Assembly (NCBI GenBank): GCA_965287045.1
Contig: OZ336875.1
Location: 86,800,001 to 86,864,000, forward strand
Length of the DNA stretch: 64,000 nt
Origin: Carcharhinus amblyrhynchos
Taxonomy: Eukaryota
Direction: 5' to 3'
A program made the translations under genes and the position numbers. Below the pieces are notes generated by a model, which did not search any database, was not told the origin of the DNA, and saw only the letters and a list, made by a program, of their open reading frames with translations. Position 1 is the stretch's first letter. The number at the start of each line of letters is the position of its first letter. Below are positions 51,620 to 64,000 of the stretch, one piece after another.

Positions 51620-52545
51620 CAGCTCAGAAAGCGGCCCTTCAGCCCATTTTGCAAGAATGTTGGTCCCATTCCAGTTCAAGTGCAATCATCTTCCCCAGAA
51701 ATGGACCCAATGGTCCAAGAAACTAAAGCCCTCTGTCCTACACCATCTCTTCAGCCACATAATCATTTGCTCTATCCTCCTATTCCTATATTCAGTGGCA
51801 CATGGCCCTGGTAGTAATCCAGACATTATAACCTTCAAGGTCCTGCTTTTCAATCTGCTACCTGGCTACCTAAATTCTTGCTCCAAGACTTCATCTTGTC
51901 TTATTTTTCTACCGATGTCATGGTACCAATATGAACCACAACCTCTGACTGTTTACCCTCCCCTTCCAGAATGCCTGGCAACCAGTGACATCCATGACCC
52001 TGGCACCAGGGAGACAATATACCATCCTGGAATTACATTTGCGGCTGCAGGAATGCCAATCTGCACCCCTGACTACCACTATTACTCTTCTACTCTTAAT
52101 CCTCCCACCATGTGCAACTGAGCCACCCACAGTACCATGAACTTGGCTCTGGCTGCACTCCCCAGAGGGACCATCATTTTCACCATTTTCCAACACAGAA
52201 AAACAGTAATTGAGTGAGATGAACTCTGTGTTTTCCTGACTACCTGTTCACCACCATCATCCCCCGCCACTGGTTTTCACACATTCCCTCTCTAACTGAG
52301 CTTCCTTAAGCTGTGAGATGACCTTGTTTAAAAATATGCTATCTATGAACCTCTCAACCTCATGGATGCACTGCTGTGCCTCTGGCCAATGCTCAGGCTC
52401 CAAAGTTCGGCTCTCAAGCTAGTCAAACTGGTAACACTTCCTGCAAATGTGATCATCCAGACTGCAAGAAGCGTTTACAAATTCCCACATGGTGCAAGCT
52501 GTGTAAAATACAGGTCTGAGTTCCATTGTCATACCTTTAGTTAAA
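51620..52545 (-). mobile_element. Internally deleted CR1 (3' end joined to ORF1 esterase region)
   Basis: ORF SRRVIVV.RGADWHSC..K.NSRMVYCLPGARVMDV is the CR1 ORF1 SGNH/esterase region. CR1 terminus ACAGCTCAGAAAGCGGCCCTTCAGCCC at about 51619. Confidence 0.75.
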
Positions 52546-52837
52546 AGGCTCCCATGTTAAATTTATGCCAATTAGAAAATTAAGATATTTTGGTGGGTGA
52601 GAACGGTGTACCTGAATCTTTTGGAGATTGCAGAGAGATTAGGAGAAAGGTGAAACAACATGCAAAGCCTCAAAATCAATGCATACAACACAAGTCTTAA
52701 AAATAAAACAATGCACTTGATACAAAGAATCTCAAATTCTGGACACTTGAATACATTTTGAAAATTTGTGGATCACAATTTCAAAGCAGCAATGTTTGGT
52801 CCAAATCAAAGCAGTGAAAAATCCTACTTCACAGTCA

Positions 52838-54660
52838 ACATAACTAGGAGCAGAAGTAGGCAATTCAGCCCCTCAAGCGTCCTTCGCCATTTAACACTAT
52901 TATGGCTTATCTCATCTCAGCCTCATTGCCAACATCCTGCCCATCCTCCACAACCCTTCATTCTGCTACTGATTAAAAACCTCTCTATCTCCTCCTTGAA
53001 TTTATTCAGTCTTCCAGCATCCACTGCACTCTGGGGTAGAGGGTTCCACAGGTCCATAACCATTTGAAAGAAATAATTCCTCATTTTGTTTTAAATCTGC
53101 TATCCCTGAGCCTAAAGCTATGGTCCCTCATTCTAGATTGTCCACAAGGGGAAACATCCGCTCTATGTCTACCCTGTCAGTCCCCTTAAGCATCAAATAT
53201 ACCTTAAGTGATCTCCTTTCATTCTTCTAAACTTCTACAAGTATAGACCAAAGCTGAAAAGTCTCTCTTCATAAGATTAGTCCCTCTTCTATGGGACCAA
53301 TGCTGACTTTAGCTACTCCCTTCATTTTTATGTACCAGATCAGTTCTAGATTGAACTGATCAATCAATCTATCAATTCACTAGAATCAATCTAGTGAACC
53401 TTCTCTGAACTGTCTCTAATGCATTTACATTCTTGTTCAAGTAAGGGGGCCAAAACTGTGTGCAGTACTCCAGATACAGTCTTCCCAATGCCCTACATGG
53501 TTACAATAACACTTCGCTACTTTTGTACTCTCCCCCATTAGCAATGAATATCAAAATTCCATGTGAGATTCATGCACAAAGATGCCAAGATCACTCTGCA
53601 CCAAAACATTTTGAACTTGCCTTTTTGTTCCCCTGACCAAAATGGATAACCTCACACTTATCTATGTTAAATTCCATCTGTCAAACTTTGACTCACTTAC
53701 CTAACCTGTCCATATCCTTTTGTAAATTTCTTATTTCCTCATTGCAACTTGCTTTTCCACCTATTTGAGTGTTATTTGCAAATTTGGTTATAGTACCTTC
53801 TATCTTTGCATCTAAGTCACTAATATAGATTGTAAATAGTTGGGGCCCCGAGGACCAAACCCTGTGGTACACCACTAGTTACAACTTGCCGACCAGAAAA
53901 AGATTTATTTATTGCCATTCTTTGCTTTCTCTTGGTTAGCCAATCCTCTATCCAAACTAATAGATTATACCCAACCCTGTGGAATCTTACCTTATTTATT
54001 AATCTTTTGTGTGGCACCATATCAAATATTTTCTGGAGTCCAGATAAACTACATGTACAGGATCCCCATTATCCACTTTATTAGATCTTCAAAGAACTCT
54101 AGTAAATTAGTCAAACATGATTTACCCTTTGTAAAACCACACCGACTCTGATGGATTACAAACTGACTTCCCAAATGTCCTGTTACAACTTCCTTAATAA
54201 TGGATTCAAACAATTTTCTAATGACAGATATTAAACTAATTGGTTTACAGTTTCCTACTTTCTACCTTCTTTTTTGAACAGGGACGTTACATTAGACATT
54301 TTCTAATCCACTGGAATTTTGAAATATTATAAACAATGTTTTCACTATCTCTGCTGCCATTTCCTTTAAGACTTTAGGATGTAGGTCATTACGCCTTGGA
54401 GACTTGCCTGGTTTTAATCCCAATAGCTTGCTCAATACTTTTCACCTACTGGTGGTAATTGTTTTAAGTTCCTTCTTTTCAAAAACATTTGCATTACCTT
54501 TTACTATTGGGATGGTTCTAGTGTCCTTTATTATGAAAACCAAGGCAAAATATTGATTTGGTGTCTCTGCCACTTCAGTGTTCACCGTTATTAATTCACC
54601 AGTCTTATTCTCTGAGGGACCAATACTGGCTCTAGCTACTCTCTTACTATTTACATACTT
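52838..54660 (-). mobile_element. CR1 LINE ORF2 RT and 3' UTR, decayed
   Basis: ORFs VPHKRLINKV...WIEDWL..RKQR...TSGVPQG and PQLFTIYISDLD...TKFANNT (FADD mutated). Confidence 0.92.
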
Positions 54661-54844
54661 TTTATATTCAAGGTAAGTTGTGAGCTGGAAGTTTTATTTT
54701 GTGCAATTGGTATATCAAAATTCTCCTTGTAGTTTTAAACAGAAAACCTGTTACTCTGCCCAGTCTTATTTATCCTGAAATCAACTTTCCTCCTAATTTT
54801 CTTCCCTTCTCTTCTGAAGATGATGATTCGTAAGTTTTTGTGGC

Positions 54845-57210
54845 TGTTGTGCTATGTTGTATTTTCAGTAGTTCTCATGAAGAGATTCTCAGTCTTGTAT
54901 GGTTAAACACTAAGAGTTTATTTGTAACACATAATTACATATGAGGTATAGTCCAAGCTGGGAGTTAACTCCATGCTGGCTTCTGCGTAGGTCTCTGTCC
55001 AATTCACAGCTCTCTCTTAACCTTTACCTTGCACTGTGGTTGACCCCTACTATGCCAGATATACTTCTACTAAATCTCCTCCATGATTTTAACCAACATG
55101 TTTATAGCAGAGCTGTATTTACGCAGTGTATTTTTATTTCCATTATGCTAACACTTCTCCAAACCTCAAATCTCTGTTTTTACAGGGTCAGACAATCTGG
55201 AGGCTTGGGAAGAATTCTCCCCCAAAAAAATTATAAGTGTTGAATTCACGTGAAAACTGGAGTAATTCACTCTGTTTTTTTCAGTGGGAGTTCACACGAG
55301 AATCTCCTACACTCTGTGCAATGCAGAAGCCACCAACGTGAATACCATTAGATTTCAGAGGGCGGGGTCCATTCCCATCCAGTAGTCTGAAACCAGCAGG
55401 CCTCTTCCCATGCACAATGGCCCTGAACTGTCAGCTGCCCATTTGCTGGCCAGCTTGTTTGCTGGCCAGCCCAGGATAGCTCAGTGTTGCACCCCCCCCC
55501 AACCAGCCCACAGGCCAATTGTGGCCCCCCACACCATTCCTGGGCCAGCCTCGATTTCCCCTCCAATCCCAGACTACCCCAATCCTCCAGCCACCCCCTC
55601 ACAGTGCCAATCTCCTGCAGGCAGACCCCCCTCCCTCTCCTCCCCAGCCTGCCCTGATCACTGGCCTCTCTCCTGTCCTCATCAATCACAATGGCGGAGT
55701 GGCAGTGGGACCTCCACCCCTATCGATCACCCCCTGGGCCCGCCCCCATATGCCCCACCCTTGGCACTGATGGGGTTGGAGAGGCTAGCGGGCCTGGAAA
55801 ATTCAGTCCTGGGCCCGCTAATAGCATTTAAGAGATACTTAAAATATCCCTGCCTTCCCATAGAAATCCAGCACTGGCGATATTAGCAGGACGTGAACGT
55901 GCCTTCCACGCAATTCTCCTAGCTAAAATTAGCGCAGCAGGATGGGAGAATCACCATTCCCATTGTTCTGGTTATATTAGAAGAACAGGTAGGCTCTGTT
56001 GATTTGGAGGTTGCTTTGTTGGTCGTCTTGCTGGCATTTGTTTGTCTACTAATTCTTTTCTAGCATATAGCAGGAGTTTCACCTTGGGGGACGAGGTGGA
56101 GGCTCCTCTTGTATCTCCTGATCATGCTTTCCAGAGTATGGATGAGGTATGGTCTTAGCTGGTCATTGCCTCTCCAGACAATAATGCACTCTCTCTCAAA
56201 AGTCTTTGATCCACATCCTCTCCTATTTGTGTATTTGCGGAAGATGACTAGTGCAGTACCTTCTGTTGTAGGCAGAATCCTGCTTCTACCTGTAAGACTG
56301 TCCTCTGCCAACGCTGGTATTAGTTTCTTTGGCAGGGTTAGGAGTTGAGTGCAGAGCTTCCTGCCCCTCAAGAACTCTAATGGGGCTAATACAAATTGCA
56401 GCAGGATGGATCTGTGAATTAACAGAGCTGTTGGAAAGTCGTCATTTTTTTCTCAGGAGAGCATTAATGATGCAGAGATCCCTTTCTGCCTCACTGTTGA
56501 TTATGGATATCTTGAGCAGTTGTAAAGTATTGCAGGCCATAAGTGGTAGCAAATTGAAGTATGTTTTTTTTTGTGAATTGTGGACTATTATCAGACATTA
56601 CCTGGTCTGGGTTACCATGGCTTGCAAACATTTCTTCAAGGATCTCGTAACAGCCTCTGTGGTCATCATGTGGTCACCTCACTCCAACAGGAAAAGTAGT
56701 CCACCATGATGAGCAAGGATCTTCCATTAAAAATGAACCATCACCATGGGTTGATAGGGAACTATAGAGAATAAGGGGTTCTCTCTGGTCAAGCTTGAGC
56801 AGCAGCACACCCCTGGCAGTTGTGATCATTTCTTCAACTGAATATATGTAATGTCCACGTGACCCTGATAAATTGTTTGGAGAATCTCTATCCAAAGGGA
56901 GACTGGAATGACCAACTGCTTGTAAGCTAGCAGGTCATCTAGGATGGTAATATACTTCTGCTGCTCAAATTAAATTTTCACAACACTGCCTCTTGGACTC
57001 TGCTGTGGCTACTTTTGTTGACAGTAATGGCAGGGGCAGGGATGCTCCTACCTCACATATGCTCTTAGTGGATTTATTGAAGTTTCCTCAGACAGCAAGT
57101 AGTTGTCTCTTCACCAATTGGGAGTACAACTTGAGCTTCTCAATCAGATTGAAGTCATGTTTCACAGGAAAGACAACTGTGGGTATGGATAGTATCCCTG
57201 CAGCCATTTG
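54845..57210 (-). mobile_element. Decayed Gypsy LTR retrotransposon: integrase, polypurine tract and 3' LTR (about 54845-55074)
   Basis: Minus-strand remnants MVDYFSCWSEV, EMFASHGNPDQVMSDNSPQF, NSEAER, GRKLCTQL and C-terminal TR.....KPPDCLTL*. Purine tract at 55075-55082, then an LTR-like segment with AATAAA ending ACAACA. Confidence 0.8.
55207..55954. mobile_element. Non-autonomous DNA transposon, same family as 30929-32066, inserted in the Gypsy integrase tail
   Basis: Termini GGGAAGAATTCTCC and GGAGAATCACC; shared subterminal blocks with the 30929 copy. Confidence 0.8.
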
Positions 57211-59695
57211 CGCATGAGCAGTCGGAGGGAGCACATCAAGAGTGAGACACAGCCGGAGTGAGTGAGGGTATCAGGAATTTGGAGCACAGTGAGAATTGGT
57301 GCAAAGAAAAAAAAGGTGCGTTTTGTTTTTTCTTTTGCTTTCTAACTTTTTAAATCTTCAGTGTGCAGTTTTGTCCTCTTGCAGCAGTAGAGGCTACAAG
57401 GGAGAGACAGACTGGGAAGCAGTAGATAAGATCGGGTTAAGTATTTTCTACTTTTATTGCTTATAGTTTGTGAGGTCGTCTTGTGGTTTATAGCTCTATT
57501 GCAATGAGGATCAGGAAAGAAGAGTCCTTGAATAATTTGGATATTATTTCACATGAAGCATCTTCCAAAGGTTTAATTTAAAGAGTTAAGACATAGCAGG
57601 AGAGCTCAAAGCTGTGATGTGCTCCTCGTGCTCCATGAGAGAACCTGAGAACACTTTCAGTCCCCAGGGCCAGCACTTGTGCAGGAAGCGTTTTCAGGTT
57701 AAACTCCTAGAAAACCAGGTTTCAGAGCTGGAAAGGCAGCTGGGGACACCCTGGAGCATCCACGAGACAGAGCACTGCCTGATACCTTCATTCACTCTGG
57801 CTGTGTCTCACTCATGATGTGCTCTCTCCGACTGCTCACGCGCAAATGGCTGCAGGGACATATCACAAACTCCGACTCCATAGGCAGAAAGAGAATGGGT
57901 GACCACTGGACAGAGCAGAAAAAGGCCCAGGCAGACAGTGCAGAAATCTCCTGTACATTATTCCTCTGCAAAATAGCATTTTGGATAATGCTGAGGGAAT
58001 GGTCTCCCAGGAGAAAGCAGCAATAGCCAAATTCGTTGCATTACAGTTGATTTTGTTGCACAGCTGAGGAGTAAAAAAATGTGGGAATACAATAGTTATA
58101 GGAGATTCAACTGTAAGGGGAATAGATAAACATTTCTGTGGTTGCAAATGAGACTCCAGAATTGTATGTTGCCTCCTGGTGCTAGGGTCAAGAATGTCTT
58201 GGAATGGTTATAGGACATTCTGGAGAAGGAGGGTGAACAGCCAGTTGTTATGGCACATATCTGTACAAACAACACTGGTAAAATGAGGGATAAAGTTCCA
58301 AAAGCAGAATAAAAGGAGTTAGGAAATAAGTTTAAAACTAGGACCTCAAAGATAGTGATATCAGGATTACTACCTGTGCCATGTGCTAATCAGGGCAGAA
58401 ATAGCAGAATATATCAGATGAATACATGGCTGAAGATATGGTGTGAGGAAAAGGGTTTCAGATTTGTGGGACAATGGTACCAGTTCTGGGGGAGGTGGGG
58501 CCAGTACAACTGAACAGCTTGCATTTGGGCAGGACTGAGACTTATGTCTTAGGGGGGTATTAGCTAGAGTGGTTGGGGAGCATTTAATCTAAAATAGCAG
58601 CGGAATGGAAACCTATGTAAGGACTCAGAGGAAGGGGAAAAAAGGACAAGTGCAAATGATAGAAAAGGGAATAAGAAAAGTGACAAGCAGAGAAATCAAG
58701 GGCCTGAATCAAAAAGGGCCACAGTAAAAAATAGTGGGAATGGGACAGTAATGTTAAAAAGACAAGCTTCAAGGCTTTGTGCCTTAATGCATGGTGCATT
58801 CGTAATAAAGTGGATGAATTAATCATGCAAACGGGTATGTATTTGTGAGACATGGCTGCAGGGTGACCGAGGGTATTCATTTAGGAAGGACAGTCAAAAA
58901 TGGAAAGGCAGTTGAGTTGCATTGCTGGTTAAAGAGGAACGCAACATTGAGGGAAGATATTAGGTCTGACAATGTGGAATCTGTATGGGTAGAACTGAGA
59001 AATATTAAGGGGCAAAAAACATTAGAGGGGGTTGTATATGGACCTCCAAACTGTAATGGTGACATAGGGAATGGCATTAAACAAGAAATTAGAGATGCAT
59101 GCAGTAAGGGAACATCTGTAATTATGAGTGACTTTAATCTGCATATAGACGGGGCAAATCAAATTCGTCACCGTAGAGAAGGAAATCCTGAAGTGTATAC
59201 AGGATGGCTTTTGGACCAATACGTTGAGGAACCAACTAAAGAAGAGACCATCCTAAAATGGGTAATGTGCAATGAGAAAGGAATAATTGGCAATCAAGTT
59301 GTGTGAGACCCCTTGGAGATGAGCAATCATAATATGATAGAATTCTTCATCAAGGTGGAGGGTGACGTGTTTGATACTGACATAAAGGTTCTGAATCTTA
59401 ATAAAGGAGACTATGATGGTATGAGGCATGAGTTGGCTAGGATTGATTGAGAAATGTTACTTAAAGGGATGGTGCTGCATAGGCAATAGCAAATAATGAA
59501 AGAACATATGGGTGAACTACAACAATTGTTTATACCTGTCTGGCACAAAAGTAAAATAGGAAAGGTGGACAAACCATGGCCTCCAAGGGAAATTAGATAT
59601 TGCATTTGATCCAAGGAAGAGGCATACAAATTGGCCAGAAAAAAACAGTAGACCTGAGGATTGGGAGTAGCTTAGAATTCAGCAAAGGAGCACCA
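57211..59695 (+). mobile_element. CR1 5' half: 5' UTR, ORF1 and endonuclease, decayed
   Basis: ORF1 CSSCSM...HLCRK....LLENQVSELERQL and IVIGDS.VRGID. Endonuclease motifs VESVWVELRN, GVVYGPPN, IMSDFNLH. Confidence 0.92.
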
Positions 59696-60034
59696 ATGTT
59701 GTTTGGAACATAAAAACAGGACGGGTGATGGCACATTTCCTCTGAATGAAACTTTACTGTATAACTATACTTTCCACCACTTGCATTGCTCAAAACATGT
59801 GGTGGTAGTGCTGTCCTACTCTCCAAATCACACACTGGTAACTTCCTTACTTCTCTGGCAAATCCGGCTTCTTTCAGGATCCCATTTTATTCCATCCTTC
59901 TCAGTATCGTTTAAATACTACTTCTATATCTTCCACCCAAATATCGCTGCAAATTTCTCGCTCAAATACCTTCAGTGCTTGCTATCCTTTGCAAGTTGGT
60001 GGAGTTTCATTGTTAATCAATGATGATATTGATA

Positions 60035-62606
60035 TGATATTGAGGAAAGGTATTAGCATAGATGATGTGAATCTATATGGGTCGAGTTAAGAAACAACAA
60101 GGGGCAAAAAACATTGGTGGGGGCGGTACACAGACCACCAAACTATGGTGATAATGTTGGAAAAAACATTAGACAGGAAATCAGAGGAACATTTGTGATT
60201 ATGGGTGACTTTAATCTGCATATAGATTGGAAGAGTCAAATTAGTCACAACACAATAGAGGAGGAATTTCTGGAATGCATATGGGATGATTTTCTGGAAC
60301 AATACGTTGCGGAACCAACAAGGGAGCAGGCCACGTTGGACTGGGTGTTGCGCAATGCGAAAGGATTAGTTACCAGTCTGGTTGTGAGAGAACTCTCACA
60401 ATTATAGTGACCATAATTCTTTGTCAAGGTGGATAATGATGAAGTTGATTCTGAGACCAGGGTCCTGAATCTCAATAAAGGTAGCTAAGATGGTATGAGG
60501 CATGAATTGGCCATGACAAACTGGGAGACATTACTGAAAGGAAAGGCAGTGGACAGGCAATGACGGGCATTTAAAGAATGAACAGATGAACTCCACACAT
60601 TTGTTTGGCGTAAAAGTGATAAGGGAATTTGGCCAAACCATGGCTTATAAGAGAAATTAGAGATAGTATCAGATTTAAGGAAGAAACGTACAAATGGACA
60701 AGAAAAAGCAAGGGCCTGAGGATTGGGAGCAGCTTAAAATTCAGCAAAGGAGGACCAAGGGATTGATTAAGAAGAGAAAAATGGAGCATGAAAGTAAACT
60801 CGCAGGGAACATAAAAACTGACTGCAAAAGTTTCTATAGATATGTAATAAGAAAAAGATTGACAAAAACAAATGTAGGCCCTTTACTGTCAGAAACAGGA
60901 GAATTCATAAAGAATAAAGAAATGGCTTCAGAAGTAAATTTGTACTTCAATCTCCACAAAAGGAAGACATAAATAATGTGCCAGGCATGCTAAGAGAAGC
61001 ATGTTTTAACATGGAACTGAAGGAAAATAGCATTATTAGAGAAATGGTTTTGGGGAAATTGATGGGTTTGAAGGTGGATAAATCTTCAGGTCCTGATAAT
61101 CTTCATCGCAGAGTGGCCCTGGAAATAGTAGATCCATTGGCGATTATTTTCCAAAATTCTTTGGATTCTGGAACAGTTTCTACTGATTGGAGGGTAGCTA
61201 ATGTAAGTCCACTATTCAAAAAGGGATGCAGAGAGAAAACAGCGAACTATGGAGCAGTGAACCTAACGTTGGTAGCGGAGAAGTTGCGAGACTCTATTCT
61301 CAAGGATTTCATAACTTGGCATTTGGAAGACAGCAGTATAATCAGACAAAGTCAGCATGGATTTACAAAAGAGAAATCATGCTTGACGAACCAATTGGAA
61401 TTTTTTGCGGATGTAACTAGTAGAGTTGACTGAGGAGAACAAGTGAATGTGATTTATTTAGATTTTCAAAAGGCTTTTGACAAGATCTGACACAACAGAC
61501 TCTATGTAAAGTTAAAGCACATGGGATTGCAGGTAAAGTCTTGAGATGGCTAGAAAGCTGGTTAGCGGATAGGAAACAAAGCGTTGGCATAAATGGGTCT
61601 TTTTCTGATTGGTAGTCGATGACTAGTGAAGTTCCACAGGGATCTGTGCTTGTACCCCACCTGTTCATGTTACATATTAATGATTTGGAGGAGGGAACTG
61701 AACGTATGATTTCCAGATTTGCAGATGATACAATGTTGGGTGGGAGGCTGAGCTGTGAGGAAGATGCTGAGATGCTTCAGCATGATTTGAATAGGCTGAG
61801 TGTATGGGCATCTGCATGGCAGTATAACGTGGATAAATGTGAGATTATCCACTTTGGTAGCAATAATAGGAAGACAGATCATTACTTGAATTGGATTGAG
61901 AGAGAAATTGAGAGAAGTGGATATTCAACGAGACCCTGGCATCCTCATGCATCATGGAAGTAAGCATACATGTACAGCAGGTAGTAAAGAAGGCAAATGG
62001 ATTGTTGACCTTCACAGCGAGAAAATTTAAGTATAGGGATAGAGATGTTTTGCTGCAATTGTATAGGGTGTATAGGGTGAGGCCACACCTGGAGTATTGT
62101 GTGCAGTTTTGGTATCCTTATCTGAGGAAGGATGTCCTTGCTGTACAGAGACTACAGCGAAGATTTACCAAGCTGATTCCTGGGATGGCAGATCTGTTGT
62201 ATGAGGAGAGACTATATCAGTTTGGATTATATTCACGGGAGTTTAGAAGAGTGAGCAGGGATTTCACAGAAAATTCTAACAGGGTTAGACAGGATAGATT
62301 CAGAAAGAAAGTTCCCAATGGTGGGGGAGTCCAGAAATATGGGTAATAGTTTGAGAAGGTGTAAACCTTTTAGAACTGAGATGAGGAGAAATTTCTTCAT
62401 CCAGAGGGTGGTGAATGTGTAGAAATCACTACCACAGGATGCAGTTGAGGTCAAAATGTTGTCTGATTCAAGAAGAAATTAGATACAGCTTTTGGAGCTG
62501 AAGGGATCAAGGGATATGGGAGGAAAGGGGGATCAGGATATTGAATTTGATGATCAGCCATAATCAAAATGAAGGGCCGAATGGCCTACTCCTGCTTCTA
62601 GTTTCT
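60035..62606 (+). mobile_element. CR1 ORF2 (endonuclease end, RT) and 3' UTR, decayed
   Basis: IMGDFNLHIDW, SGPDNLH, DWRVANVSPLFKKG, QHGF...KSCLTN, VPQGSVL, RFADDT, VRPHLEYCVQFW. Tail GGGCCGAATGGCCTACTCCTGCT. Split by stops and frameshifts. Confidence 0.95.
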
Positions 62607-62689
62607 AGAAACAACAACTCACTGTCAAAGATCACAACTTTCATCTCAAACACTTCTTCATCTCTCTTCACTGTGAGGATACAGGAAAG

Positions 62690-63225
62690 GGAAATAGCAA
62701 GCAGGAGAGGCAGAGAGTGGGAGGTTCAGTATGTAGTGGATCAATGAGAGGGAAGTTCAGCAAGAGGAAGGTCAGAAAGTGGAAGTTCAGCAAATGGAGG
62801 ATTGATGAGAGGAAGGGTCAAGAAGTAGAATATGTGGCAAGTAGCAGATTTGGCAACCGCAATCAATGGTGACTGGGAGGGTTAGGGAACAGGAGAGCCT
62901 GCTGGCTGGAGGGTTGATGAATGGAAGGGGCCACAACCTGGAGAGTCAATAACAGGAGGGGCAGTGAATAATAAGGTCAGTGAGCAAGAGAGGCAGTAAA
63001 TCTCAGCAAATGGGAGAGGCTGCATGTCGGAAGGTCAACAACAGGAGGTGCAGTGAACCATAGGGTTGGCGGGCGGGGAGGCAGTGAGCCTAGCACTGAG
63101 TGAGTGGGAGAGATTGTGAGCCAGAGGGTCAACAAGGGCAGAGGTGGTGAGTCAGAGAGTCAGCAAGCAGGAGTGGCAGTGAGCCTGGCATTTGATGAGT
63201 GGAAGGGGTAGCGAATAACAGGTAG
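62690..63225. repeat. Degenerate purine-rich tandem repeat, ~16-17-bp units
   Basis: Recurring GGGTCAG/GGCAG-TGAGC/CAAGC-AGGAG units. Confidence 0.55.
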
Positions 63226-63529
63226 ATAGCAAAAGATAGCATATTTTTCTTAAATGTTAAAATGTACTTTATTTTAAAAGATATTCCAGTTACAAATTTA
63301 GTTACATACAGTATTTCAACATACAGGATATAATGGCTTAATGATTTTTTTCTGATGAGAAAGGTTCTACAGATGCAAACTGCTGCTTTACATGAACTGT
63401 AATAGGAAAATCTGATTCGCTTAATATTGTTTCACTTAAAGTTGCACTTTTCAAGAATGCAACGACAATGTTAAGCAAGCAATTACTGTAAATTGATAGT
63501 GTTCACTTAAACATTCCCTGTGACAACAA

Positions 63530-64000
63530 ATTTCACATTCCTACTACACTTTGGGTAAGGAAGTTTCTTCTAAATTCCCTGTTGGATCTCTGAATTATTA
63601 TTTTATATTGACAGTCTCTTGTTTTGCCTTTTCCCCACAAGAGGAAACATTCTCTCTGTTTAGGGCGGCACAGGGGCACAGTTGTTAGCACTGCTGCCTC
63701 ACAGCGCCAGGGACCCAAGTTTGATTCCGGGTCTACGTGGAGTTCTGTTCCCCTGTGTCTGCACGGGTTTCCTCTGGGTGCTCCAGTTTCATCCTGCAAT
63801 CTGAAAGGTGTGCTGGTTAGGTGCATTGGCCATACTAAATTCTCCCTTAGTGTACTCAAATAGGTGCTGGTGTGTGGCGACTGGGGATTTTCACAGTAAC
63901 TTTGTTGCAGTGTTAATGTAAGCCTACTTGTGACACTAGTAAAATAAACTTCACTCTATCAAAATCTAACAAAATTTTCAAGATGTCTGGTAGGCCACTT
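63530..64000 (-). mobile_element. CR1 3' fragment interrupted by the SINE at 63662-63951
   Basis: Minus ORF end RSNREFRRNFLTQSVVGM; the element appears to resume at about 63952. Confidence 0.6.
63662..63951 (+). mobile_element. tRNA-derived V-SINE (HE1-like head, different tail)
   Basis: GGGCGGCACAGGGGCACAGTTGTTAGCACTGCTGCCTCACAGCGCCAGGGACCC head and V-domain, then tail GTTAATGTAAGCCTACTTGTGACACTAGTAAAATAAAC. Confidence 0.85.

Noticed and set aside
57211-62606. Active full-length LINE or novel RT system
   Set aside because: Many stops and frameshifts; standard CR1 motifs only.
63662-63730. tRNA gene (also 50752-50820)
   Set aside because: The A and B boxes run directly into SINE body sequence and there is no complete cloverleaf.

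Overview
This is AT-rich vertebrate genomic DNA, most likely from a shark. That assignment is inferred from the repeat families: HE1/V-SINE, DeuSINE (SacSINE1-like) and abundant CR1 LINEs. I found no intact protein-coding gene and no prokaryotic system, and nearly all listed ORFs are chance ORFs or decayed transposon frames. The window holds many nested transposon fossils: CR1 and L2 LINEs, SINEs, a Gypsy integrase with its 3' LTR, Harbinger-like non-autonomous elements and a Myb/SANT remnant. A transposon-poor core at about 17.3-30.9 kb looks like the promoter(s) and non-coding 5' exons of an unidentified minus-strand gene. The most interesting signals are: (1) minimal hammerhead-ribozyme motifs in two families of short palindromic Penelope-like repeats; (2) several locally templated or fold-back insertions, including a copy of nearby DNA captured inside an inverted Penelope-like pair with a 13-bp target-site duplication; (3) an isolated 79-bp-arm near-perfect hairpin at 40983-41146. 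Repeat family names come from recall of motifs and consensus sequences, not from a database search, and repeat boundaries are approximate unless exact junctions are given.
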